From positions 1,810,540 through 1,874,539 of the forward strand of contig NW_019091359.1 in the NCBI RefSeq assembly GCF_001949145.1: DNA of 64,000 nt, in the 5' to 3' direction. Shown one piece after another: positions 38,501-48,216 of the stretch. This DNA comes from Acanthaster planci (lineage: Eukaryota). Under the pieces are notes generated by a model that saw only the letters and a list, made by a program, of their open reading frames with translations, had not been told where the DNA came from and did no database searches. How positions within the stretch are numbered: the first letter of the stretch is position 1; each line of letters opens with the position of its first letter. Both the position numbers and the translations under genes were made by a program.

Positions 38501-41500
38501 TTGTTTCGTTTTGCTTGTATAAACTTGTGCCAACCTCTTGAAGGAGATTTACAGATGTTTTGAGTTGAGCTCAAGAAGCAAACTGAATGACTTAAGCCAC
38601 TTGTTTTTCCGACAAGCTTGGGGATGTCCAGGCTTTCCTTCTTCCTGTGGAAATACCGTGTTGTGGATCAGACCATACGTTAATGGTCACATGCTTTTTT
38701 ACAACGAACTTTTCTTTTGTTCTAACAGTTTTGAATTGAGTCTTTGTCCAAATCATCAATAGCAATGATGCAACATTTACAACATTTAGTTTTCTTTTAT
38801 GCAATTGGCCTAAGGGTCGTGGCAAAACAACGTCCAGCTGTGCCCCCTGCAAGCATTGTATGCTAAAACATTTTATGACAACCCATTATCTTATCACGGT
38901 ATATAATTCATAATAGAGTTTTTTCCCCAGATGAACTGCCGTATCTAATTTGCTCCCTGGGCCCTTGAGAAAGATTTTGTTTGGATGGCGACATCAAACC
39001 CTCTTGTTATTTTGATCGGTATACTTCAGGTCAGGATACTCAGCAAGCAGTTTACAGAAGTTCCCGTCTTCCAAATTTCTACCCTGTGAAATATTTTTGT
39101 GTGGACAGTTTCTTATGGGTAAAATACATTAATTTAGACTGCCTGTAAGCTTTTTTTTTGGAAAAAGTAGATCCAAGAACTTTGTTGGACAGCCATGACT
39201 TTGGTTTTGGGGAACTTCTGCTGAAGCCTCCTGTTGTTTTCCGACAAACGTAGGGCATTTTAGGTTTCGCTGGAGATGATAGTGAAACAGATCATTTGAA
39301 CTGTAATAACAAAACAAAAAACAAACGAGGGCAAGATTCCAAACGGGTCTTGCTGACTTAACGAATTTATTGAAAAAATAATGAAACGTCAACCACCTTG
39401 ATGGTGGTTGTCACATGCCATGACGCATTCATATTTGTACGCTCTACATGAAGCCAACACGTAGCCTTGTATGGAATTTTTTATGCGTGTCTTGGTTTAT
39501 CGAAGGTGAAAGAGGCTGGTTAGTTATATCGGTACTTTACCTGTGGTTGCGCAATCAGTTGGGGATTTTTTTTTTATGTGCTTATTTATATTCAATCCAG
39601 GGATGGACTCATTAATTTCAGTCATTCAGGGGTGAGATTTCTCAGCTTTTTAGCTGATTTCAGCTTTTTTTGTTTTGGATTTTAGCATTTTTTTCCTCAC
39701 TGGCTGTGTACAAAAGTATTGGAGATTTCTTTATGCCCTTTTCAGCTGTTTTTATCGTTGATCAATCTCACACGTGGTAATTATACTTCGGCATTAAAGG
39801 AAAACTTTAATAGCATAATAGCACGGGAGAATGCAATGTCTCTTTGGCTTGTTTCATGTGCCTTTTGAGTCGACATTTATTCAAACTGAAGAGTTTTTAA
39901 AGTGGTTTGTGATGTTTACTTTTACATTGTACACTCCCAAGGCATTTTGCTACAAGACTTTACTTCCCCCATATTCTCCTCACTCCAGGAAACCAGTGTC
40001 ACATTCTTTAGGCTTGAACTCTGCGGGTATACCAGACACCACATTAGGCAATTGTGTAACGGTTGGACCCTAGACAATGTTCCAACTCCTTGCAAATCCC
40101 CTGTCAGATTTTAGGGATCTGCAGGGGTTGGGAATAAAGTGACCAGTAGAAAGGAGGGATACAATTCACTTCTGTCCTGGATTTGGCACAATATTCAGAG
40201 CCGTCAGGAGGAATGGCTCATGAAATGTCTAGGATATACTTTGACATAAAGCCAGGTTATTTTATCATGTTGTGAAGGTTGAGTTATGCAAGTATATGTG
40301 TACATAAATAGCATGGGGGGAGTCAGGTTTGCAATGGTAATTTCCTTGCCTTCAAACTCAATGATCTGAGGTCAGATCCAGCCTAGGTTGGTATGTGGAT
40401 TTGGTTTTCAGTTCCCAGGTAATTGGGTGGGTTTATTCCCCAGAATATCATTTCCAAGGCCTTCCTTCCTTCTCAGCCAAAAGTGAGAATTTCTTTTCCT
40501 CTGTCACCGAGTTTCCTCAGGTTTGCTTGCAGACTACAGCCCCCTGTACATTTTTGAGGTTTCCTTCGTTACAACACCTGAAAGAACTGAAATAGAGTAG
40601 ACCGAGTTTCCTTTTTCCTGAGTCTTCTGGAACCAGAAACTTATTTGTACACTACCCAGGAAGTTTGGAATGTCAACATCACAATAAGACCTTTAAAATC
40701 GTCCAGTAAGTAAACATCTTTCCTCTCCTGTGTACCCCATGTAGGCTCTGAATGAAGATGCAGCCGTGCTGAAGTCAGTACTAGCCAAGGAAGGGTCCAA
40801 CCTGACCAGTTTCCTACAGCGGGACTACTTCCCTTCGTTGCCTCTAGGCCCGGAGCCTGCCCAGGTGAGCACCATGACAGGCCCTCTCTCAGACTGCAAC
40901 TCTAACCCACCCAGACCCTTCAAACTCAAACAAGGAGCCTAGTAGCTGAAATCTACTGCTACTGAAAACCCAACGGGCACATTTCTTTGCGTCACTAATG
41001 CAGACACCAAGGCGACTGCAAATCAACAAGTGACTGAGATCTAATAAACTCAACCCTACAAAATCCTTCAACACCTCAGCACTCGTGCAAAATCTACCGA
41101 CATATTCTTTATAACATGAATGGAGGATACCACTGCAAGTTAAACTGGTTTGGTTCTAACTCCTTAATCCTACAAACTAATCCAACATCCACAGACCTGC
41201 ACATATTTCCAACATATTCTTTCAAGCATGAACGGTGTATCAAGAAATAACTTTCCCTAACCATTCTTTTTGCCCTGAAGCAGGACATGTCACAGGAAAA
41301 TGGTTTCTGGCATTCCTCAAAGCTTCTTGATTGATTAGCTACATACCCCAACTCCCCAGGCATTTCATGGCTCCTGAATCTTTCAAAAGCCAACGTTTTG
41401 TTGTAAACCGATGGCATAATTCTCTACTGTATCTTGCAGAGTCAAGTTGGCTAGGTTAAACCTTCCTCAATCTAGCAAAGTCCATTAATAACCTACTGCT

Positions 41501-44500
41501 TTGGAAAGATCTAGGAACGTGTTTGTAATGGCAGTAGAAACAAGTAAAGACTTTCTTTAATGGTTTAATAGCAAACCAAACTTGGACTCTGCCGAAGGTA
41601 CATACATGTAGATTTCACTCCAAATGTAATGCAAGTGGTTTGAAAACAGTCACCGAGAAAATGTACGTATTCTTAATTTTGAAGCTGCTGTCCATCAAAT
41701 TGAACCTTTACTTTCTTGCTCAGTGGGACATTCTCTGGGATTATGCTAAACCATGCGCTAAATGTCAGCATTTAGACAAAGTTTGTGGGCGAAAAATGTG
41801 GACTTTATTACGTCTTAATCCATTTGTTAAGTTTTAAATGTCAGGAAATGGCAGTGTGCCCTTTTTTTGGTTTGTCACACAATTTAATCTATTGACATTT
41901 GATTTGCGGTTTTGACATAACAGTGCACACACATCAGCAAAACTCTAACATTTAGCATCGTTCAGTTCAATATGGCTTTAAAAATTTCTAGTTGAGGCTG
42001 CCCAAAATCCCTTACACATCTACTCCTATGCTGAGAGTGTACCGTCAAATCCTTCAGTGCCCTAAGAATGCTCAAGAGGTACATGTAGGGTTTCCCCAAA
42101 TCATTTGAAGCACAACTGAAATATGAAGTTCGCAATAGAAGAACAAATCATTCACCTTACAAGACTTAGGATTCATACACTGTGTACACTACATTGTACA
42201 TGTATGAGGTAATGTCACAAGATTGTTAAGCGCTGTTGCGCTGTAAAGCCTTTGTGATTTGGTTTTCGTTCCTTTCATTTGTTTTGTATCAGGTTGCCAT
42301 TCAGGTATGCAGAAAAGCAGTGTTGATTTCATCCTAAAACACTGATTTCTGAGTATTTTTTTTTGACGACGGTGCTGAAATAATTTCCAATGAGCAGATA
42401 TCCTGTTATTCGAGGGGCCTCCCTTGAGGGTGTAGCTTACATTTCCATTTCATTATCTTTAATACCTCATTCTTTTTTGAGGCATGGCCAGCGGGGGACG
42501 AATTCTAAAGATAAGGGTGTTGTTCTGTGAAATCGTGTTTCATAAAACCCTGTGTGTTCCAAGGGGAATTTTCTTACTGTCATACAGCAAATGTTGATCA
42601 ATACTTGGAATTTTTTTGACCTATGAGTTTAAAATATATTCTACATAAAGATGAAATGGAAATTCCATACTGCTTTTACATTTTATGTTAAAGTGGACCC
42701 ACTTCCAAGTGTAGGCCTATTTTTTCAGGAAGTTGAATATTAACAAACTACTGTACAACCATTTCCACACAATTTGATACTGATTGCTACATGTACACCA
42801 GCCAAGGGAAATATTGCCTAATAATAATGCGCATTATGCACACAAATACATAATGTAAGTATGTACCAATCGCAAGGACACAGATCCAAGGGATTCCCCC
42901 CACGCTCTCCCCTCCCCCACACCCTACTCATTGGGGGGGGTGCTCTCAAGCATTTATCCGTTGTGCTCTCCCCCCAAAAAAAATTAAATATTAATTCCAC
43001 ATGAAACTTGGTTGTACTGTCGGAAGGAGGACTAACCTACAGTGAGGCAGTGTATATACCAGTAGGAGTAATAGTTAGATCCAAGTATTGAATATTTTCA
43101 CCCTCCGCAGTTGACTGGGGTTCCAAGATGACCAGGTTCCATGTCTGTAGATTCAAACCCGAGCCCTTGAAAACGAAAGGGTACAGTGCCCATATTCAAG
43201 GCATTATTTGTGGCTGATTACTAAGCCTTAAAATATTTGGCATTGGAGAGGACCTCCTAGAGGTATTCTTGATTTGCTTTGCTGCTTCAGATGCATCCTG
43301 CAGGGTCATTCAGTTTAGTTCCCACAAATGGATGCAGTTAAAACCTGGAATTTACAGTCATCTATTCAAACAAAAGTCTATTGTCTTAGTCTCACTTGTA
43401 AAAAGCCTGCCTGACTCATGAAACCAGCAGAGATGAATTTGCTGGGTATGGTTTACCACGTCAGAAATGTTTACTCTGCCAGGTGTTGTGGTTCTTTGTT
43501 TCATCATTTTGGCTGTATGTATCTCATGCGTCCCTTTTCAGGTCTAATATTTCGAAATATTTCATATTCCACTATTGCAATTGAAATTTGTGAGGAAACC
43601 TAAGAAGTTGAAGCGAGGTCATGCTAGACATTGAGGACCAGTTGTTTTCCCTTCCCAGCAACCTCTGACAAGATGAAGATCCTTCCACCATCCCCGAACA
43701 GCTTTGATTCTGGCAATTTCGATGACGTATTTCTCATTTTTTAATTGAATGTTAATGCCAAAAATTTCACCACAGTTTACAACACTTTGTTTTCTTTCAC
43801 AAGGCAGAAACTGTCAAAGGTTGCTTTAATTCATTTAACCACTTCCTCCCGGGCGACCCGTTTTCAAGTACACAGGCTTTATATGCAGAGCCGGGAGCCC
43901 GGAACTGGGACAAAAGAGTTGGGCCTTATAACAAAAGACTGTGCTCAACACAAAAGACTGAGCCGCTGGGCATTATGACATTTTTTCGCTCTCAATAGCG
44001 GAGATAATTCAGCCTTGTTTTGAAATAGTATACCACGGTTTGATGCATTAAGAGCGAGCGGATTACCATTGGGGACAAAAGCACTCCACCACCGCAGCGA
44101 TGAGCCACACATCACCTCTGCACGCTAATCTGGCTCCTATTGAAAACAGGTCAGCAGTGCACTGTGCCAGTTTCTTGAACTAAAGAATCTTACGTAACAC
44201 TGCACAATCTGGGCTCTTTTTCCAAGGCTGCAGGCCTGGCTGAAATATTCAGGAGTCAATGAATTTTACCTGTCAGCTTTAGAGTAGTGCCCAAAGAGTC
44301 CTTCATTTTGGTATAAACAGCCATTAATGAAATGATGAATTTTTAAAGAATTTTGAAAAGGGAAAATTTTGAAAAGTACCCGGCATCTTGTCTTGCTCAA
44401 GAAAAATCCACCAAGTGGTTAAAATGCATCAGTTCAACTCTGTGGTGCTACAAACAGTTTTAAATCAGATTTTCATCTTTCCCTCTGGATGCATATTTAA

Positions 44501-46125
44501 AATGTAGAATGATTAGAGAAGGTCTATATTTTGGTACTACATGTATCAGTTGGTTGTCGTTTGGTTATCTCGCAAAAATCTACAGCTTTGGACCCCAAAA
44601 TACTAAATGAATACCTCTTACCTCTGTTTTGTTTTGTTTTGTTTCTTTATTTTTGCAAAACTATCCCCCACAAGCTGCAGCACATGTGTATGTAGTTAAG
44701 TGTATTTTTAGCTCATACGTATATCTACATGTTAACTCTTTTCAATGTCCAGGGTTAGTTTCTCTTTGTTTACAATAACCTATTGGTATTAGAAGGGAAA
44801 TGGTTGAATGAATCAATGTTCAGAGACCCAAAAAATCATCGAATTCCCACGGGAAAATTGTTTTTGTCCCCAAGGCAACATGATTTCCTGTGGCTTGACA
44901 ATTTTTAAAGTAATCTATAATCTGTCCCCGCTTGCTTGCCATGTGTTGCCCTATAATATACTGAAAGTTTGTTCTGACATCACCTATGGTAAGTTTTGGG
45001 TAGGAAGTTTCCTACAAGACTCCGAATGCAAAATTAACTCATTTGAAGTACATCTGTACATGTAACAAGCGGAAAAAGACAGGAACGAATTTTTTTCTGT
45101 AGAGCAGTTAACTTTGACTTAGAAATGCTCAAGTATTTCCCATATAAGGAGAAATTTGTTGGGGAGATTTTGTGTCAAGCCGTTTTATCTCAACATTCTG
45201 CAAAAAGACTGTGTATTTGCATATGTGCATGTATCGTGCTCACAGTGTTTTCACATCACAAACTGTGAGGCTCTGTTTATGTTTTATGATGGTCTTAATG
45301 TTTGTGTGGAGAGACTGAAAAATTGATTGATATATCCTGTCATTGGTTTATCCTTTGGCTGTTGTGGGTTTTTTAATCATAAATTGTTTATTGTAATGGT
45401 AAACTAAGAGTCCCCTTTTCCAGTAAAAAGGGGAAATCCCTGGCTGTGAATTAAAGTTTAACTTCATCATTGGAAATTCCCAGAGCTCAAAATATCATGT
45501 CGGAGGAAATTTGGAATTTAGAAAGAAAGACAGACAGACACTTTGTTCCAGGGGATACCAGAGAGAAATAACCTTTTTCAATGAATAATGATGTTTGATA
45601 GAACAATACAATATCAACAGTGAATCTTATGAATCTACTATTTTATTTGTCTAAGTTTGCAACAGTTTATGTAAATTATTTTCCAGATTAAATTACCTAC
45701 ATTTTATTTCATTTTTATTCAGGCATTCTGTCGCGCGCTACACGAGATGGAGCCAAAAGTCTTTAGAAATTACTTTAAAGTAAGTGGCAAAATATTCATG
45801 TTTTGGTTTTTTTTTTCATACTCCTGTGTCAAATAAGGACTGCGAAACAGTTGTAAATGACGGCTGAGTCAAATCGAACAATTCACTAGTCAAATTTTTA
45901 ACCTTCAATTCGATCAAATGTCCGAATATTCTGTCTTACAGACCAGCAGATTGATTAAACCATATACAAAATACAATTCCAATAATACACATAATTGTAC
46001 ATTAAAATCACTACAATAGCTTCTCATGTCTAGGAATACATCCAGCAAGATTTAAGATTTAAGAGATGAACTTTTTTTCATTTTTGACTACTCAGGTTTT
46101 CTTTGAATCGGCCAGGAAATCGTGA
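5460..46125 (+). CDS. XPOT: Exportin-T (tRNA nuclear export receptor, importin-beta/karyopherin family), complete spliced gene, 21 coding exons, ~962 aa
   Basis: Manual splicing gives MDEQALQGLGPLADQASHAR-ALAYFEQLK...HIKFFCFQVLE...FIRNKAAQLF...SWIDINLIANDRF...GEDEIMF...SRTSKAF...LHRMIICLEE...PACFMAPLK...FRNYFKVFFESARKS*, collinear with vertebrate exportin-T as recalled. Exon lengths sum to 2888 nt, one short of 963 codons, because of an apparent 1-bp deletion in exon 6. Confidence 0.97.
7719..7858 (+). CDS. XPOT: XPOT coding exon 2 (ALAYFEQLK...ENFLKT)
   Basis: cgcag acceptor, gtcagt donor, 140 nt, phase 0 to 2. Confidence 0.95.
8805..9288. mobile_element. hAT-like MITE (TAGGGCTG...CAGCCCGA), family with further copies in this window
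   Basis: Terminal inverted repeats and CGAATATTCG subterminal motifs; reverse-complement matches at 19050-19209 and 45862-46070. Confidence 0.75.
10668..10789. repeat. Fold-back inverted repeat (~50-bp arms, 22-nt loop), probable small MITE
   Basis: agaggctttgcatggtagccatcttgcagggcagttcttttgttccacag pairs with ctgtggaacagaagcactggcctgcaagatggcagccatgcaaaccctct. Confidence 0.85.
10891..10960 (+). CDS. XPOT: XPOT coding exon 3 (RYSTAIPSDQQILKQSLLQWLQMQ)
   Basis: catcag acceptor after a pyrimidine tract, gtaaga donor, 70 nt, phase 2 to 0; too short for the ORF track. Confidence 0.92.
12624..13211. mobile_element. piggyBac-like MITE, copy 1
   Basis: TTAA|CCACTTGCTGCC ... GGCAGCAAGTGG|TTAA: perfect 12-bp TIR and TTAA target duplication; second copy at 43839-44418. 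Confidence 0.9.
13842..13944. repeat. Two-copy tandem duplication, 52-bp period
   Basis: ggagaatgattgattgatatg...aaattagccccag at 13842 and 13894. Confidence 0.9.
14468..14686 (+). CDS. XPOT: XPOT coding exon 4 (TISTHEEKNFIRNKAAQ...LLHTQE)
   Basis: ctgcag acceptor, gtacag donor, 219 nt. Confidence 0.94.
15594..15677 (+). CDS. XPOT: XPOT coding exon 5 (DAQRSTALKDSMRE...SWYQIL)
   Basis: cgtag acceptor, gtgagt donor, 84 nt. Confidence 0.94.
17365..17633 (+). CDS. XPOT: XPOT coding exon 6 (KMYE/TNPELTCLCLEVIGAYVSWID...IPPTD), apparent 1-bp deletion near 17375
   Basis: gacag acceptor, gtaagt donor; 269 nt where 270 is required; the downstream frame matches XPOT. Confidence 0.9.
18289..18365 (+). 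CDS. XPOT: XPOT coding exon 7 (DDVDFLAKLSKLTNGIG...WE)
   Basis: cacag acceptor, gtaagt donor, 77 nt. Confidence 0.93.
18398..19049. other. Assembly gap (N run) in an XPOT intron
   Basis: Run of N; the flanking exons join in frame with no missing peptide. Confidence 1.
19050..19209 (-). mobile_element. Partial inverted copy of the 8805-9288 MITE, running into the gap
   Basis: gcttgaaacaagcctccatagtgcaatttttctcatttaaaac...acagcccta is the reverse complement of ~8805-8950. Confidence 0.8.
19396..19552 (+). CDS. XPOT: XPOT coding exon 8 (KLTKTRD...HEDDDIS...DYIGVLKQ)
   Basis: tccag acceptor, gtcagt donor, 157 nt; HEDDDIS motif. Confidence 0.94.
20553..20779 (+). CDS. XPOT: XPOT coding exon 9 (ISKPSPEQ...YNFDSQGEDEIMF...SNTL)
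   Basis: gatag acceptor, gtaagt donor, 227 nt. Confidence 0.93.
21188..21363. repeat. (ATATG)n pentanucleotide microsatellite, ~35 units
   Basis: Direct reading. Confidence 0.98.
21440..21584 (+). CDS. XPOT: XPOT coding exon 10 (SHWKSVKF...RLLYMLGEA...LMRL)
   Basis: gatag acceptor, gtgagt donor, 145 nt. Confidence 0.93.
21640..21797. other. Assembly gap (N run) in an XPOT intron
   Basis: Run of N. Confidence 1.
22197..22247 (+). CDS. XPOT: XPOT coding exon 11 (LITSRVVEHSHWAVGLQ)
   Basis: ttccag acceptor, gtacgt donor, 51 nt; fills the expected 17-aa segment. Confidence 0.9.
22904..23137 (+). CDS. XPOT: XPOT coding exon 12 (VFETIARYDKFF...RSRSAYLFSRF...IAPP)
   Basis: tgtag acceptor, gtaaga donor, 234 nt. 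Confidence 0.95.
23938..24033 (+). CDS. XPOT: XPOT coding exon 13 (DNGHQLLLTSDDQLFMYE...APE)
   Basis: aacag acceptor, gtatgt donor, 96 nt. Confidence 0.94.
24912..25088. mobile_element. Fold-back (hairpin) MITE, ~80-bp arms
   Basis: gcaatacgggc...agtgcgcttccaagagtttgcaac...gaccc / gggtcg...gttgcaaactcttggaggcgcact...gcccgtattgc; partial second copy at 58580-58677. Confidence 0.85.
25249..25391 (+). CDS. XPOT: XPOT coding exon 14 (KKEYLMKNLL...AIAFA)
   Basis: cgcag acceptor, gtgtga donor, 143 nt. Confidence 0.92.
25835..26120 (+). CDS. XPOT: XPOT coding exon 15 (SRTSKAF...LHRMIICLEE...EFIPLINQIASKFK)
   Basis: accag acceptor, gttggt donor, 286 nt. Confidence 0.95.
26729..27137. mobile_element. 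MITE with GTGACCTGTC terminal inverted repeats flanked by ATAT
   Basis: ATAT|GTGACCTGTC...GACAGGTCAC|ATAT; imperfect TIR extends to ~23 bp; superfamily uncertain. Confidence 0.75.
27208..27599. mobile_element. Degenerate MITE (CAGGGTTC-type ends, repeated gtccttgaaa-like subterminal motifs)
   Basis: tggggctcgtgca ... tgcaggaagcctg; flanks aataac/aataat. Confidence 0.5.
28967..29156 (+). CDS. XPOT: XPOT coding exon 16 (RTIVPFM...KRSYFQFLQT...SGQ)
   Basis: cgcag acceptor, gtgaga donor, 190 nt. Confidence 0.94.
29557..29923. mobile_element. Possible Kolobok-like MITE
   Basis: ttag|AGGGAA ... TTCCCT|ttaa; short degenerate TIR. Confidence 0.4.
30482..30549 (+). CDS. XPOT: XPOT coding exon 17 (DADNFKQVLLTIAQGAVESQDPI)
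   Basis: aacag acceptor, gtatgt donor, 68 nt. Confidence 0.92.
30575..31105. mobile_element. piggyBac-like MITE of a second family
   Basis: ttag|CCCTAACC ... GGTTAGGG|ttaa; subterminal inverted repeat cctcaatccttcaaaaa (30585) / tttttgaaggattgagg (31054); internal ggaggatttt repeats. Confidence 0.75.
32203..32542 (+). mobile_element. Full-length tRNA-derived SINE
   Basis: Pol III A box TGGCCCAGTGG (32213) and B box GGTTCGAATCC (32257); CORE-like ttgggcaagtca...ccacccaggagtaaatgggtacc; (TTA)n tail. Confidence 0.88.
34479..34643 (+). CDS. XPOT: XPOT coding exon 18 (VQKTAFII...PACFMAPLKATF...QTVL)
   Basis: AAG acceptor (alternative in-frame CAG 6 nt downstream), gtaaga donor, 165 nt. Confidence 0.92.
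35509..35972. mobile_element. PIF/Harbinger (Tourist-like) MITE
   Basis: TTA|GGCCAAACA...tgtgtttcc ... ggaaacaca...TGTTTGGCC|TTA: ~34-bp imperfect TIR, 3-bp TTA duplication. Confidence 0.85.
37875..38216 (-). mobile_element. Degenerate tRNA-derived SINE related to the 32203 copy
   Basis: Minus strand: A-box-like tggccttgtggttag, shared ctctccacc and ggagctgagatggtt blocks, (TTA)n tail. Confidence 0.75.
39627..39776. mobile_element. Short hAT-like MITE
   Basis: CAGGGGTGAGATT ... AATCTCACACGTG; repeated tcagct subterminal motifs; flanks gtcatt/gtaatt. Confidence 0.6.
40315..40475 (+). mobile_element. Highly degenerate SINE fragment (tRNA-like head plus tgtggatttggttttcagt body)
   Basis: Eroded A/B-box spacing and a body resembling invertebrate SINE2 families as recalled. 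Confidence 0.4.
40745..40864 (+). CDS. XPOT: XPOT coding exon 19 (ALNEDAAVLK...DYFPSL...PAQ)
   Basis: tgtag acceptor, gtgagc donor, 120 nt. Confidence 0.91.
43839..44418. mobile_element. piggyBac-like MITE, copy 2
   Basis: TTAA|CCACTT...AAGTGG|TTAA; collinear with 12624-13211 over its length, right TIR partly deleted. Confidence 0.9.
45723..45779 (+). CDS. XPOT: XPOT coding exon 20 (AFCRALHEMEPKVFRNYFK)
   Basis: ttcag acceptor, gtaagt donor, 57 nt. Confidence 0.92.
45862..46070 (-). mobile_element. Partial inverted copy of the 8805-9288 MITE in the last XPOT intron
   Basis: ggctgagtcaaatcgaacaattcactagtc matches the reverse complement of ~9256-9285; similarity continues to caagatttaag...agag. 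Confidence 0.75.
46096..46125 (+). CDS. XPOT: XPOT final coding exon (VFFESARKS*)
   Basis: ctcag acceptor; VFF matches the XPOT C-terminus; TGA at 46123-46125. Confidence 0.88.
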   Translation, partial: VFFESARKS

Positions 46126-46693
46126 CAACCGATGTCTGTAGGCAAAGCCTAATTCAGGTGTTCCATCATGAGAGCCGCAACTTGTACAGATGTTATATGT
46201 ATTAAACCCCCCCCCTTAAAAACTTTATTTTGGTTTGCTCCATCATATCATGACAGAAACTTTAGCCAAAATTCGGATCAGCAAGTGTGCTCAATGTCAT
46301 GGTAGAGGAAGAAAAACAAAGCCCCAAGTTTGTACAAAGTCCCATCCTGATTTGTATGATAAATGTAAATTTGTATCTTCACCTTTAAAGGTTTATATTA
46401 AAACTAACACCTGGAGGTCAAAAGTAGCTATTCATTTTGCTGCAACTCTCCCCACCCCAGGATATCATATTGAATAGCTGAGAACTTGAAAGTGCAAATG
46501 TAATTAACATTTCGTTTATTACATTCCACTCTAGCAATGGTGTTTTCATTCATGCTGAAGCCCCTCCCTTTACAAAGTGAGAAATGTACCGACTGTGTAA
46601 TTCCGTTTGTGTTTCTTTCACATTTTTAGTTTCTGGCATAATTTCTGAACTGCCGTTAACTGGTTTCAATATAGTTTTTTCACTGAGGACTGA

Positions 46694-46699
46694 AATAAA
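46694..46699 (+). terminator. Candidate XPOT polyadenylation signal AATAAA
   Basis: First canonical AATAAA I see after the stop, ~570 nt downstream; ATTAAA variants occur earlier (e.g. 46201). Confidence 0.45.
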
Positions 46700-47995
46700 G
46701 ATTATTTGATCAGTTGACCAGGTTAAGGAAATTTATAAAAGAAAGAGAAGTTTATTTAAATCAATACAGGCTGTCAAATGCCATCTCTTTAGCTTATTTA
46801 TCCTTACAAGTGCATGTGAATTTATAGTGTTTATGCACTAGCTTTAGACTTGGGTTCGGCCCAGTATGGTACATGTATTGTGTAGTCCAGTTCTAATTTT
46901 GCACCTGTACAAAAAGAGACAAGCCCTTGCGGACTTTGTTTCATTACCCATGGTAGTACCTTTGAAGTGCATATTCTTCAGCGGTGTTTAAACTTCCCCA
47001 GATCTACTTTTGACCATTCCACAGTGGTGTGATCGTGTGCGAAGCATATCAACTAATGAGTGGAAATAGAAATCATAGGATCAATTTATTCAAAGCCTCA
47101 AGATAGATTTCAGAGTGTGAAGTCATCTGTGATAAAAATCAGCCTTGAAATAAACGATTTTTTTTTAGTTGTGCATGATTTAATGTTCATGCAACTGCTA
47201 GATTTGCATAATTTTTATGTTCCTCAGCAAATTCATGTTTCCCAAAAGCCCTTAAATCTTAGGTACATGGCATTTCATACTGAAGTTTTGCAGTTTATCT
47301 ACAAAAGACGTGCCTTTGCGTTGGATAAATATGCTAAGATTCAATTTTACTGAATGCACAATGTGTGAATATGTCAGACATCTGATTTATTCTCAAATCC
47401 AGCTGTTCACTTGTCTTTGGAAAGTAGGACGGCTTATAATTATGTTGGCTTCAAATACCTCCCAAACAAAATAGAATCGGCTATGGACTGATTTTTTAAA
47501 ATATTCCTTTATGTTATGCGAGTGCAACTCGGTTTAAGATTCCTCAATCATTAATCAGCAAGTATACTGACAGATTGTGGGTATAATGAATTTGTATTGT
47601 AACTGAAATTGATGAACATGTTTTTAAAATTTAAATTTTCCTATGTTTATTCTTGTTTTGTTTTGAGGATTTGGAAGGATTGGTATTGGAAAATCAGGAA
47701 AAAACATGCACCATTGATAAATACGGCGGTGAAATGGTACAAACCACTTTGTATTTGCGCAATTCCCAAATCCAGTGCTGCATTAATATAATTTCTTTGC
47801 GCCCCTGGAGGCCTTTGGTTTAATCGAGTTGTTCTGCTCTGTGCTTTTGATTCCTGTGAAAACCTTTCAACTCGAAAGATGGCGTTAACAATAATTAACA
47901 TATAAATCGAATACTCCCCCCCCGCATGTTCAAATAATGCAGGTTGTAATTCAGGATTACAGCTATACATATACTGTACAGTATTGAACCGGGTT

Positions 47996-48216
47996 TGACG
48001 TAATGGGTTTTCCCCCTTTTGTTTACGCAATGTCTGGTGATTGGGCAATCTTGGGATCCCCGTTTTGTGCACTCGGACTGCACGTAATGCAAGTGGAGCG
48101 GGAGATTCCCTATGACGTAGTGCATGCTGTAAAGCACGTGTGCGTATGGACACAGCATATTCACGCGTTGTTGGTACACTGGGGATGTACACTTCACAAT
48201 GAATGACGTGCACGTG
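47996..48216. promoter_or_regulatory. Cluster of CRE/ATF-like, C/EBP-PAR-bZIP-like and E-box motifs
   Basis: TGACGT at 47996, 48113, 48204; TTACGCAA at 48023; CACGTG at 48135, 48211; ATTGG at 48040. Confidence 0.4.

Noticed and set aside
40890..41600. Possible old LINE 3' fragment on the minus strand
   Set aside because: Composition is suggestive but I could not read convincing RT or zinc-finger motifs.
5460..46125. XPOT as a pseudogene
   Set aside because: Only one lesion, in a short A run; the other 20 exons, all splice sites and the total length are intact.
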